A DNA stretch of 64,000 nucleotides from Treponemataceae bacterium (lineage in GTDB: Bacteria; Spirochaetota; Spirochaetia; Treponematales; Rectinemataceae), in contig CAXXGJ010000018.1 in NCBI GenBank assembly GCA_963677895.2, positions 288,001 to 352,000 on the forward strand, written 5' to 3'. Shown here piece by piece: positions 9,414-18,207 of the stretch (the stretch's first letter is position 1; the number at the start of each line of letters is the position of its first letter). The notes beneath the pieces were generated by a model. The model was not told where the DNA came from. It was given only the letters and a program-made list of their open reading frames with translations, and searched no databases. Both the position numbers and the translations under genes were made by a program.

Positions 9414-10439
9414 ATGAAGAAACTGTTAATCGTGGCTTTAATGGCAACCATCGCGCTCACGGGCGCCTTCGGCCAAAAAGTGTTCGAGCTCAAGCTCGCG
9501 CACGCGGACTCGACAGACCCGACCGTCTCGCGCAAGCAGGCGCAGGCGCTCGCCTTCGCCAGCCTGGTCAACTCCAGGTCAGGCGGCAGGCTGGTGGTGA
9601 AAGTGTACGGCGCCGGCTCCCTGGGAGCCGAACGCGAGTATGTGGAAGGCATCAAGGCGGGTACCGTCGAAGCCGGCATCGCCTCGGGCGTCATCGCGAA
9701 CTTCTTCCCCACGGCCGCCGTCACCGACATTCCCTTCCTCTTCCCGACAAGCCAGGTGGCCTGGGACGTGATGGACGGACCCTTCGGCGACAAGCTTAGG
9801 GATCTCTTCCTGAAACAGACGGGCATGCGCGCTCTCGCCTTCGCCGAAGTAGGCTTCAGGCATTTCACGAACAATGTGCGCCCGATCAAGAGCCCGGCCG
9901 ATCTCAAGGGACTCAAGATCCGCGTGCAGGAAACCCCCGTCTACGTCAACATGCTGAAAGCGGTTGGCGCCAGTCCCACCCCCGTGGCCTGGACCGAAAC
10001 CTACACATCGCTCCAGACCGGCGTCGTCGACGGGCAGGAAAACCCCGTCGGCTCCATCCTCTCGGGCAAGATCTATGAAGTGCAGAAGTACGTGACCCTC
10101 GACGGCCACGTCTACGGCGTCGACTGGTTCATCATCAACGAGAAATTCTTCAAGAGTTTGCCCGCGGATCTCCAGTACATCGTTCTCGACTCCGCCCAGG
10201 CGAGCAGCACGGTGGGACGCGGCGTCCTCACCTACATCAACGCGGCCGGCATCCAGGTCCTCGTCGACAACAAGCTTCAGATCTATTCCCCGACCGAGGA
10301 AGAAATGGATCAGTTCAAGAAGGCCATGCAGCCCGCCGTCATCGACTGGCTCAAGACCAAAGTGGATCCCGCCCTCATCACCGAGGCGCAGAAAGCCGTG
10401 GCTGACGCCGTGGCGGACCAGAAAGCCAAACTGAAGTAA
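9414..10439 (+). CDS. dctP: TRAP transporter substrate-binding protein
   Basis: Signal peptide; GFRHF, DLKGLKIRV, LQTGVVDGQEN. Confidence 0.95.
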   Translation: MKKLLIVALMATIALTGAFGQKVFELKLAHADSTDPTVSRKQAQALAFASLVNSRSGGRLVVKVYGAGSLGAEREYVEGIKAGTVEAGIASGVIANFFPTAAVTDIPFLFPTSQVAWDVMDGPFGDKLRDLFLKQTGMRALAFAEVGFRHFTNNVRPIKSPADLKGLKIRVQETPVYVNMLKAVGASPTPVAWTETYTSLQTGVVDGQENPVGSILSGKIYEVQKYVTLDGHVYGVDWFIINEKFFKSLPADLQYIVLDSAQASSTVGRGVLTYINAAGIQVLVDNKLQIYSPTEEEMDQFKKAMQPAVIDWLKTKVDPALITEAQKAVADAVADQKAKLK

Positions 10440-10556
10440 GGAACAGCAAAGGTTCTTGACGTGGACGGCGCCTTCGGGCGCCTTCCACGCCTTTCGCCGC
10501 GCCTTCAGACGCGGGAATTCTCGCAATCATGTATAAAGCAAGGAATGGTAGGCAGG

Positions 10557-11069
10557 ATGCGGAACCTCGGTATCGTGGACAAAGCCATAACAGGCTTGGA
10601 AAAGGCTATTGCTTGGATCGTCACCATCATCATCGCCATGATGGTGATCAATATTACCGCGGGCGTTTTCTTCAGGTACGTGCTGGGCAATTCCCTCGTA
10701 TGGACCGAAGAAATGAGCCGCTACCTCATGGTCTGGGCTGGAATGCTCGGCGCCGGACTCGCCATGGCCGACGGAAGCCATGTCGGAATCGACCTGGTTG
10801 TCAATAAATGCCCTCCGGCTCTCGCCCATGCCCTGCGAATTACCGCGAAAATAATCATCCAGATCTTTCTGACGATCGTCATGATCAAATCCTTCGGCTA
10901 TCTCGAAACGCTGAAAATACAGAAATCCTCCGCTATGGAACTGCCGATGGTGATACCTTACCTGTCGGTCAGCGCCGGCGTCATTTTCATGTCCCTGGAA
11001 AATCTGCTGATCATTGTCCGCCTCTTTTTAAGGATAGAAAAGCCCGTAAACGGGGAAGTAGGAATATAA
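10557..11069 (+). CDS. dctQ: TRAP transporter small permease
   Basis: 4 TM; VFFRY, WTEEMSRYL, HVGID. Confidence 0.9.
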   Translation: MRNLGIVDKAITGLEKAIAWIVTIIIAMMVINITAGVFFRYVLGNSLVWTEEMSRYLMVWAGMLGAGLAMADGSHVGIDLVVNKCPPALAHALRITAKIIIQIFLTIVMIKSFGYLETLKIQKSSAMELPMVIPYLSVSAGVIFMSLENLLIIVRLFLRIEKPVNGEVGI

Positions 11070-11070
11070 A

Positions 11071-12351
11071 ATGCTATTGACCGTAATAGGCTTTGTCGTA
11101 TTCATCGTGATAGGCGTCCCCGTCTCCTTCAGCCTGGGCTGTTCCAGCCTGATCTACCTTCTTCAGAAAGGCATATCAGTCGGCCTCATAGCCCAGCGCA
11201 TGTTCACGGGGCTGGACTCCTTTCCCTTCATGGCCATCCCCTTCTTCATTCTCTCCGGCGAGCTCATGAACCATCTTGGAATATCCAAGCGCCTTGTCAC
11301 CCTCGCCGATGTCTTTGTGGGCAGGCTGCGAGGCGGGCTTGGTCACGTCAATGTTCTCACCTCTATGTTCTTCGCTGGCATATCCGGATCGGCGGTCGCG
11401 GACACCTCTTCGGAAGGCCCCCTGATCATCCCCGCCATGATAGCCGACGGCTACGACGCCGATTACGCGGCCGCCATAACCTGCGCCTCCTCGGTGATCG
11501 GCCCCATCATCCCGCCGAGCATCCCTTTCGTCGTGTACTCGCTGATAAGCTCCCAGTCGGTGGCCGCGCTTTTCCTGTCGGGAGTAATCCCGGGCGTCCT
11601 TCTTGGCATCAGCCAAATGATCGTCAACGCCATCATCGCGCACAAGCGCAATTATCCGCGATCGGATCGATGGCCGACCTTCAGGGAAATGGCGAAGGCC
11701 ATAGGGCAGGGCATCGTACCCCTCCTCATGCCCCTCATCATCTTGGGTGGTATTCTGGGTGGCATCTTCACAGCTACAGAGGCAGCGGCTGTCGCTGTCA
11801 TTTACGCCATGTTTATTGGCTTTTTTGTCTATAGGAATCTCAGCTGGAAAGGTCTCAAGGAATCCTTTATCGGAACGGCTAAGACGACAGGTGTCGTCTT
11901 CCTCCTCATCGCCCTCTCCAACGTCTTCAACTGGGCTCTCGTCGTCGAGCAGATACCGCAGACAATGGCCTTGTTCATCGGCAGGACCTTCACAAACAAG
12001 TACATGCTGCTTTTCGCGATCAACATCATGCTCCTTGTCGTTGGCTGCTTCATGGAAGGCACCGCCGCTCTCATAATCCTCGTGCCCATACTTCTCCAGA
12101 TCACTAAGCCATTCGGAATCAGTCCCATCATGTTGGGCACGGTCGTTGTATTGAACCTTATGATCGGCCTCATCACCCCGCCGGTCGGCCTCTGTCTCCA
12201 TATCGCCTGCAATATCGCCAAGCGGCCGATGGAGAAGGTGGCCAAGGCCTTGTGGCCTTTCCTCGTGGCATCGATCGCCACCCTTATGCTGGTGACGTAT
12301 TTTGAACCCCTTTCGATGTTCCTGCCCCGGCTGCTCGGCTACGTTAAATAG
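11071..12351 (+). CDS. dctM: TRAP transporter large permease
   Basis: AIPFFIL, ISGSAVAD, IIPPSIP, FTATEA, TPPVG. Confidence 0.95.
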   Translation: MLLTVIGFVVFIVIGVPVSFSLGCSSLIYLLQKGISVGLIAQRMFTGLDSFPFMAIPFFILSGELMNHLGISKRLVTLADVFVGRLRGGLGHVNVLTSMFFAGISGSAVADTSSEGPLIIPAMIADGYDADYAAAITCASSVIGPIIPPSIPFVVYSLISSQSVAALFLSGVIPGVLLGISQMIVNAIIAHKRNYPRSDRWPTFREMAKAIGQGIVPLLMPLIILGGILGGIFTATEAAAVAVIYAMFIGFFVYRNLSWKGLKESFIGTAKTTGVVFLLIALSNVFNWALVVEQIPQTMALFIGRTFTNKYMLLFAINIMLLVVGCFMEGTAALIILVPILLQITKPFGISPIMLGTVVVLNLMIGLITPPVGLCLHIACNIAKRPMEKVAKALWPFLVASIATLMLVTYFEPLSMFLPRLLGYVK

Positions 12352-12360
12352 GGGGAAGCG

Positions 12361-12774
12361 ATGAAACTGAATCATCTTGGATATGCGGCCAGGGATATAG
12401 GCAAGGCTGTGGACGCTTTTCTGGCGCTTGGCTACGTGAAGGTCCACGAGGAAGTGAAGCACCACCTGCCGAAGAACATGTTCGTCCAGCGCGTGAGGTT
12501 GAACGACACTATCGTGGAAATCATGGCGCCCGCCGATACCGCGAAACCTTCCTTTATATCGGGCGAACTCGCGACGACGAGCGCTCCCTTCATGCTGCAT
12601 CATCTCTGCTACGACGTGGAGGATATCCACTCGACGGTGGAAAGGCTCATGGCTTCGGGTGAGTACAGCGTCTATGAGCCCATAACGAGCGGCGTGTTCC
12701 AGAAAAACCTCATATGTTTCCTGCGGCACAAGGATATCGGGCTCATCGAATTCTTCGAGTGGCCGAAGGCGTAA
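12361..12774 (+). CDS. VOC (glyoxalase/methylmalonyl-CoA epimerase-like) family protein
   Basis: NHLGYA...VEIMAP...HHLCYDVEDI...LIEF metal-ligand pattern. Confidence 0.82.
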   Translation: MKLNHLGYAARDIGKAVDAFLALGYVKVHEEVKHHLPKNMFVQRVRLNDTIVEIMAPADTAKPSFISGELATTSAPFMLHHLCYDVEDIHSTVERLMASGEYSVYEPITSGVFQKNLICFLRHKDIGLIEFFEWPKA

Positions 12775-12789
12775 GGACGAAGCTTAACG

Positions 12790-13494
12790 ATGAGCGACGC
12801 CAAGATCGGATTTCTGCACACTACTCCCTCGACTATCGGGATGGTCGAGGGCTTCATGAAAGCCCGCCTTCCCGGCGCCGCGATTCTGCACATGTATGAC
12901 GGCAATGTTAAAGCAGCCAACTTCATTTCGCCCGTCGGCGTCACGCCGAAGATAAATCTTTTGCGTTGGGCGAACTTCGCCGAGCAGCTCCAGCGCTCGG
13001 GCTGCGACATCGTCGTGTCCTGCTGCAGCCTCATGCCAAGGGCGACTGCTTTCGCGCGGCAGGTCGTGGACATCCCCTGCGTCCAGCTCGACGCCTATCT
13101 TCTGGACCGGGCCGTGGAGAAATATTCGAGGATAGGCGTCATCACGACAACGGACTATACGGCGCCCTTGGTGAAGGAAGGCCTCGAAGCCAGGGCTCTC
13201 GCTGCGGGCAAACAAATTTCCCTGCGCTTCGGGGGGGACAAAAGCGCTCTCGATCTCTTCAACGCGGGCGAATTCGATAAACATGACGAGATCGTATTGC
13301 GTGACGTGGCAAGGCTGGCCGCGAGCGGCGTGGACTGCGTTCTCATGGGACAGATCCCTTTCGGTCTCCTCGAGGAAAAACTGAAAGCGCTGGATCTCGA
13401 AATTCCCGTTCTCTGCGCGGGGGCCGAAGCCTTCGACCGCCTCGGCATGCTGTTGGCCGGCCGCGACGAGCGCCGTACCGCCACGATGCGATGA
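12790..13494 (+). CDS. Asp/Glu/hydantoin racemase-like protein
   Basis: IGFLHT, SCCS, RIGVITT, DCVLMGQ pattern. Confidence 0.65.
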   Translation: MSDAKIGFLHTTPSTIGMVEGFMKARLPGAAILHMYDGNVKAANFISPVGVTPKINLLRWANFAEQLQRSGCDIVVSCCSLMPRATAFARQVVDIPCVQLDAYLLDRAVEKYSRIGVITTTDYTAPLVKEGLEARALAAGKQISLRFGGDKSALDLFNAGEFDKHDEIVLRDVARLAASGVDCVLMGQIPFGLLEEKLKALDLEIPVLCAGAEAFDRLGMLLAGRDERRTATMR

Positions 13495-13510
13495 AGGAAG
13501 TCGAAAACTT

Positions 13511-14143
13511 ATGAGCGTGCTGAATCTGGATTTTGCGGAACCGTTTTTCTCCGTGAAATATATCCAAAATGAAGGCGCCTTCGCCATTGCCGATAAGAGC
13601 ATCGTCTTCAACCTGGCAGAAAAGCCTATCGTTATCAGGGGACAGGGTTTGGGATTCTTCAAATCCACGATCGTCACGAACCTGGCGATCGAGGAGATCG
13701 AGCGCTGCCTTGTCATCGAGGATTTCGAGCGCAATAAAGACCACGATATTCTTTTCGAGCTGATCAAGAAGAAATGGACCATCGTCTACGAGGCTACAAA
13801 GGTTGAGCGACATAAGGGAGTGCGGCTCTACCGATCCCCGAAAACCAAGCTCGGAAACCTGGAAGTGAACATGTGCTTCGCGGAGGGTATACCGCTCAAC
13901 GTTGGACTCCATAGAACGCACTGGGGCGGCAAGCCTTTCAGGGAAGTCCATACGCAGATCCTGGGCTATGGGCGCATGCAGCAATACAGGGAGGAGGATC
14001 TCTCGACTCTCTACCGCGAAGACCCCATGTCTCCAGGCTGCACCCATGAACCGATGTACGACAAAGATTGCGTTTATCCCTGGCACCAGTACGAGACGAC
14101 GACAAAGGCCATTTTCATGGCGACGGAGATGCAGCTCGACTGA
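13511..14143 (+). CDS. Hypothetical protein with C-terminal cupin (possibly aldos-2-ulose dehydratase/isomerase-type)
   Basis: GLHRTH...FREVHTQILGYGRMQ...PGCTHEP...YPWHQY; operonic position. Confidence 0.55.
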   Translation: MSVLNLDFAEPFFSVKYIQNEGAFAIADKSIVFNLAEKPIVIRGQGLGFFKSTIVTNLAIEEIERCLVIEDFERNKDHDILFELIKKKWTIVYEATKVERHKGVRLYRSPKTKLGNLEVNMCFAEGIPLNVGLHRTHWGGKPFREVHTQILGYGRMQQYREEDLSTLYREDPMSPGCTHEPMYDKDCVYPWHQYETTTKAIFMATEMQLD

Positions 14144-14168
14144 AGCCCCGGCGCGTGAGGAGATCGTG

Positions 14169-14981
14169 ATGAAGATGCGACTGAGCTGTTTCGGTTTCAT
14201 AAAAGACCTCGACGATATCGCCGCGGCCGGCTACGACTGCGCCGAGCTCCACATCAGGGAGATCATGGCTTTCGACGACGCCGGATTCAGGGCAGCTCTT
14301 TCCCGCTTGCGCGCATGCGGCATCCCCGCCGAGGTTTTCGACAATCCCATACCCCTCGACTGCCGCGTGTCCGACCCCTCCTTCGACCTCGGTTTTTACC
14401 GCGGCTTCCTCGAGAAGGCCGCTGACAGGACGGCCGAAATGGGCGCCCGCTATTTTGTCTTCGGCAACGGCAAGGCGCGCAGTCTCCCTGTCGATGGCGA
14501 CATCGCCGGGGCGGCGGAAAAGTTCGACGAGTTCTTCTCGAGGCTGCTCGAGATAACCGCGGCGCGTAACATAACTGTGCTCATCGAGCCCCTCGGCAAA
14601 AAACTTTCCAACATCGTGAACAGCCTGCCCGAGGCGGTCGCCTTCATAAAAAAATTCGGCAAGCCCAACCTGAAAACCTTCGTCGATTATCGTTACATGG
14701 TGGAACTGAACAGACCCTTGAGCGAAATCGCGGAGTACGAACCCTGGATCAAGCATGTCCACCTCGACAATCCTCTCTCGGAATTCCCGAGGAGGGTAGT
14801 GCCCAGGCTCGACGACGGCTTCGATTACAGCCCCTTCCTGGAAGCGCTGAAGGGGATTGCCTACAAGGGGATACTCTCCGTCGAGGCCTCCGTCTTCGAG
14901 GATTTTCCCAAGGAGATCGGTGAATGCGTCGGCTTTTTCAAGGCACATGGCATCGAGCCTTACAGGGCTCCAAAGGAGTAG
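14169..14981 (+). CDS. Sugar phosphate isomerase/epimerase (xylose-isomerase-like TIM barrel)
   Basis: AGYDCAE, VFGNGKAR, IEPL, DYRYM, HVHL, SVE. Confidence 0.85.
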   Translation: MKMRLSCFGFIKDLDDIAAAGYDCAELHIREIMAFDDAGFRAALSRLRACGIPAEVFDNPIPLDCRVSDPSFDLGFYRGFLEKAADRTAEMGARYFVFGNGKARSLPVDGDIAGAAEKFDEFFSRLLEITAARNITVLIEPLGKKLSNIVNSLPEAVAFIKKFGKPNLKTFVDYRYMVELNRPLSEIAEYEPWIKHVHLDNPLSEFPRRVVPRLDDGFDYSPFLEALKGIAYKGILSVEASVFEDFPKEIGECVGFFKAHGIEPYRAPKE

Positions 14982-14984
14982 GCG

Positions 14985-16016
14985 ATGAAAGCATTGGTCT
15001 ATCACGGTCCGAGGGATCTGCGGTACGAGGAAGTCGAGACGCCGAAGCCGAAAAAGGGCGAGGTCCTGGTGAAGGTCAGATCCGTCTCCATCTGCGGCTC
15101 CGACCTTTCGGGGTACAAGGGCTGTTCGGCAATGCGCGTCGCCCCCCTCATCATGGGCCACGAATTCTCAGGCGAAATCGCCCAACTTGGCGAAGACGTC
15201 TCGGGGCTGAAGGTAGGCGCGCGGGTCGGCGTCGTCACCAACCTCTATTGCGGCACCTGTCAGGACTGCAAGGACGGTCTCCAAAACGTCTGCGACAACC
15301 GCCATATCATCGGCACGACGATGAAGGCCGGAAGCTGCAACGGCGCCATGGCTGACTATGTGATTGCCCCCGCCGTCAAGATAATGCCCCTGCCCGACTC
15401 GGTCTCCTTCGACGAGTGCGCCCTAGTCGAACCTCTCTCCATATCGTTGCGCGCCACCAAGCACGCCGGGGACATCAAAGGCAAGAATGTCGCCGTCTTC
15501 GGGGCCGGCCCGATCGGCCTCATGGGCGTGATGTGCCTCAAGAGCTTCGGCGCCAAGCGGATCGTCGCCATCGATATCGTGGAAAAGCGCCTCAAGATGG
15601 CTCTCCAGTGCGGGGCGACCGACGTCATCGATTCAAATGACGACGTCCTGGGCATCACCAGGAAGATGACGAACGGCGTCGGCCTCGATGTCGTCTTCGA
15701 CGCGGCCGGCGTCCCCGCCACCGTCAACACGGGCATCGAAATAGCGCGCAACGGCGGCACCCTTCTGCTCGTCGGCATGGCCTCGCCCAAGATGGAAATC
15801 GAGTACAAGCACGCGGTCGTCAAGGAACTGCGGCTCCAGAGCAGCTACATGTACACCTCCGAGATGAGGGAAGGCCTGCAGATGATCATCGACGGCAAGC
15901 TCGACGTGGCGCAGATGATCACATCCCGCTACCCCATGGCGGAAGGTCCGCGCATATTCGAGGAACTCGCCTCCGGAAAGACCAGCGACATCAAGGTGAT
16001 TCTGACGAACGAATGA
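14985..16016 (+). CDS. Zn-dependent polyol/sugar dehydrogenase (MDR)
   Basis: CGSD, GHEFSG, CGTCQDC...C, GAGPIG. Confidence 0.93.
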   Translation: MKALVYHGPRDLRYEEVETPKPKKGEVLVKVRSVSICGSDLSGYKGCSAMRVAPLIMGHEFSGEIAQLGEDVSGLKVGARVGVVTNLYCGTCQDCKDGLQNVCDNRHIIGTTMKAGSCNGAMADYVIAPAVKIMPLPDSVSFDECALVEPLSISLRATKHAGDIKGKNVAVFGAGPIGLMGVMCLKSFGAKRIVAIDIVEKRLKMALQCGATDVIDSNDDVLGITRKMTNGVGLDVVFDAAGVPATVNTGIEIARNGGTLLLVGMASPKMEIEYKHAVVKELRLQSSYMYTSEMREGLQMIIDGKLDVAQMITSRYPMAEGPRIFEELASGKTSDIKVILTNE

Positions 16017-16690
16017 AGCGGGCCGGGCGCTTCTACGGCGAATTCGCCCTCATCCTCGGTCTCTTGATCAACGCCTGCGCCGTGGCGTTTTTCGCGAAAT
16101 CCGATTTGGGGATGTCGACGCTCGCGCTCGCTTCCTTCGTCCTGAACGGCGCATTCCCCAGACTTTCGTACGGGACTTGGAACTACCTCATCCAATGCGC
16201 GCTGATCCTCGTCCTCGTCTTGCTGATTCGGAAAGTGGCGCCGAGCTTCGTCTTCTCTTTTTTCCTCGCCATCGTCTACGGTCTTCTCATCGACCTTTTT
16301 TCTTTTCTTATAGCGGGGCTTCCCGTTTCGATTCCGGCTCGCGCCCTATACTACCTGATCGGCTTTTCGGGTATCGCGATGGGAACGGCTTTTCTCATCC
16401 AAAGCGAAATGCCTATTCTCCCCTTCGATACCTTCATGAAGGAGATCTCGGCGCATTTCCTGATCCCCTACAAGAAGCTGCGAACCTGGTTCGACATATC
16501 GACCATCGTCATCTCGGCTGGGCTTGGGTACTGGAGGCTGGGGCATATCGTGGGCATTGGCGTCGGAACCCTGCTCAACGCCCTCTTTACGGGGCTGGCG
16601 GTATCCCGCGTGGCAAAGATCCTGGATGGACGATTTAAATTCGTGCCGCGTTTCAAATGGCTCGGATCCCTCGCGCCGCGGCGGCCTTAA
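16013..16690 (+). CDS. YczE/YitT-like membrane protein
   Basis: Hydrophobic; SDLGMS, LSYGTW, GIGVGTL; ATGA overlap with upstream gene. Confidence 0.7.
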   Translation: MKRAGRFYGEFALILGLLINACAVAFFAKSDLGMSTLALASFVLNGAFPRLSYGTWNYLIQCALILVLVLLIRKVAPSFVFSFFLAIVYGLLIDLFSFLIAGLPVSIPARALYYLIGFSGIAMGTAFLIQSEMPILPFDTFMKEISAHFLIPYKKLRTWFDISTIVISAGLGYWRLGHIVGIGVGTLLNALFTGLAVSRVAKILDGRFKFVPRFKWLGSLAPRRP

Positions 16691-16699
16691 TAAGTCCTT

Positions 16700-16942
16700 T
16701 CAGCCTCCCCCGATGAGGGGGAAGATTTCGAGGCTGTCGCCGTCGCGAAGGAGCTTGTCGGCGCTCACCTTGTCGCCGTTGCAGATGCATATGGCCACGG
16801 CATCTTCGGGAATTCCTTTTTCGCGCAGGAATTCACGGATCGTCTTTGGTCCCAAAACCTCGTGATCGATCGGATTATCGGGCATCCATTTCCGGAGGGA
16901 CGCGAAAAGGCGCAGCCGAATTCTGTACGCTTCCATCGCCAT
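16700..16942 (-). CDS. MoaD/ThiS family sulfur carrier
   Basis: LFASLR start; LRDGDSLEIFPLIGGG C-terminal di-Gly. Confidence 0.88.
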   Translation of the reverse strand: MAMEAYRIRLRLFASLRKWMPDNPIDHEVLGPKTIREFLREKGIPEDAVAICICNGDKVSADKLLRDGDSLEIFPLIGGG

Positions 16943-16955
16943 ATAATACTCTGAT

Positions 16956-17777
16956 TTACTCGTTTTTCGAAGCCATCCATTCCAGGACTGTCCTTACCGT
17001 TTCAGGGGCATGCTCGTTAAAGGGGAACAGGTGGCTCGCATCCTCGATGATATGCGTTTCGAAAGATGCCGCCCGGGGCGCGGCCTGGAGCAGGTATTCC
17101 GCCACATGGGTTGGAATGGTCTGGTCGCATTCGCCTAGAATCAGCAAGGTATGGGATTTGAGCCGTTTTAGATTCCTGCGGCAGAGTCGATTCAGACGCA
17201 TCAACTCGGCGGCCGGCGCCACCATCACATCGGCCCAATAATCAGGCTGCAAAGCTTTCCTCGCCGGGCTCTGCATATCAAAAGCGGAGAGCGGGCGGTT
17301 CTGGGGAATGACGCGCCAGAAACGCGCGATCAAGGGAGTCATGTTCATGTACTTTATGGAAATCTCAAAGGCCGGCGCCAAAAGGATCAGCTTCGGCGCG
17401 CCGAAACTTATCGCGATGGAAGAAGCCAACAGCCCACCCATGGAATGCCCCGCGACATGCACAACCTCATATTCCGCGCGTAGCTCGAGATAGGCATCAT
17501 ATGCCCTGCGTGTCCAATCCTCCGCCCTCGTCTGCAGAAAGTCGCGCCTGCAGGTCCCATGTCCTGGATAGCGTGGCGCGTAGACCGCGTACCCCGCGGA
17601 CGCCAAGCCCTGAGCCAAGGGTTCAAGTTCGCCGGGAATACCGCCGAAACCATGAAGCAGCAGCACCGCCTCGCGCGCTCCCTCCGGATCGATCCTGATC
17701 GGCAATGCTTCTTGCACGGGAAGTCTTATTTTTTTTGTCTCGGAATCGATCTGAAGCAACTCGTTTAGACGTGACAT
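16956..17777 (-). CDS. Alpha/beta hydrolase (carboxylesterase)
   Basis: LLHGFGG, PGHG, GHSMGG nucleophile elbow, D and H at C-terminus. Confidence 0.9.
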   Translation of the reverse strand: MSRLNELLQIDSETKKIRLPVQEALPIRIDPEGAREAVLLLHGFGGIPGELEPLAQGLASAGYAVYAPRYPGHGTCRRDFLQTRAEDWTRRAYDAYLELRAEYEVVHVAGHSMGGLLASSIAISFGAPKLILLAPAFEISIKYMNMTPLIARFWRVIPQNRPLSAFDMQSPARKALQPDYWADVMVAPAAELMRLNRLCRRNLKRLKSHTLLILGECDQTIPTHVAEYLLQAAPRAASFETHIIEDASHLFPFNEHAPETVRTVLEWMASKNE

Positions 17778-17917
17778 GATCCCATGCTAGCGCAGGATGG
17801 ACCTCAGAGCAAGCAAGGACTCGGCGACAGGTTGCCTTGAAATACTTGATAAAATACATGGCAACAGGCATATATTGGTTTGCATTTTTCCGCTGAAAGT
17901 GTTTCAATACCCGACTG

Positions 17918-18163
17918 ATGACCGATGTTACCTTCGACGATCCCGGCTTCCTTCTGCGACTCGCCAACGCACGTATGCCCTTTGGAAAGTACGCGGGGCG
18001 CCTACTAATCGACTTGCCCGAAGCCTATGTGGTTTGGTTTGCCCGATCCGGCTACCCAAATGGCGAGATTGGGGAACAGCTGGCTTCGCTTTACGCGATC
18101 AAGGAGAATGGGCTGGAGGGGCTTCTTCGACCATTGGTGCGGGAAGCGAATGTGGTCTCTTGA
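17918..18163 (+). CDS. DUF3820 family protein
   Basis: MPFGKYAGRLLIDLPEAYVVWF...IKENGLEGLLRPL. Confidence 0.85.
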   Translation: MTDVTFDDPGFLLRLANARMPFGKYAGRLLIDLPEAYVVWFARSGYPNGEIGEQLASLYAIKENGLEGLLRPLVREANVVS

Positions 18164-18207
18164 TATGCTATCGCTTTCGTTCAACCCTAGGATGTTATCC
18201 CAGAATA

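Noticed and set aside
11176..12729. 517-aa minus ORF (also 36932..38515 plus, 527 aa)
   Set aside because: Shadows of dctM/VOC and of the isomerase gene
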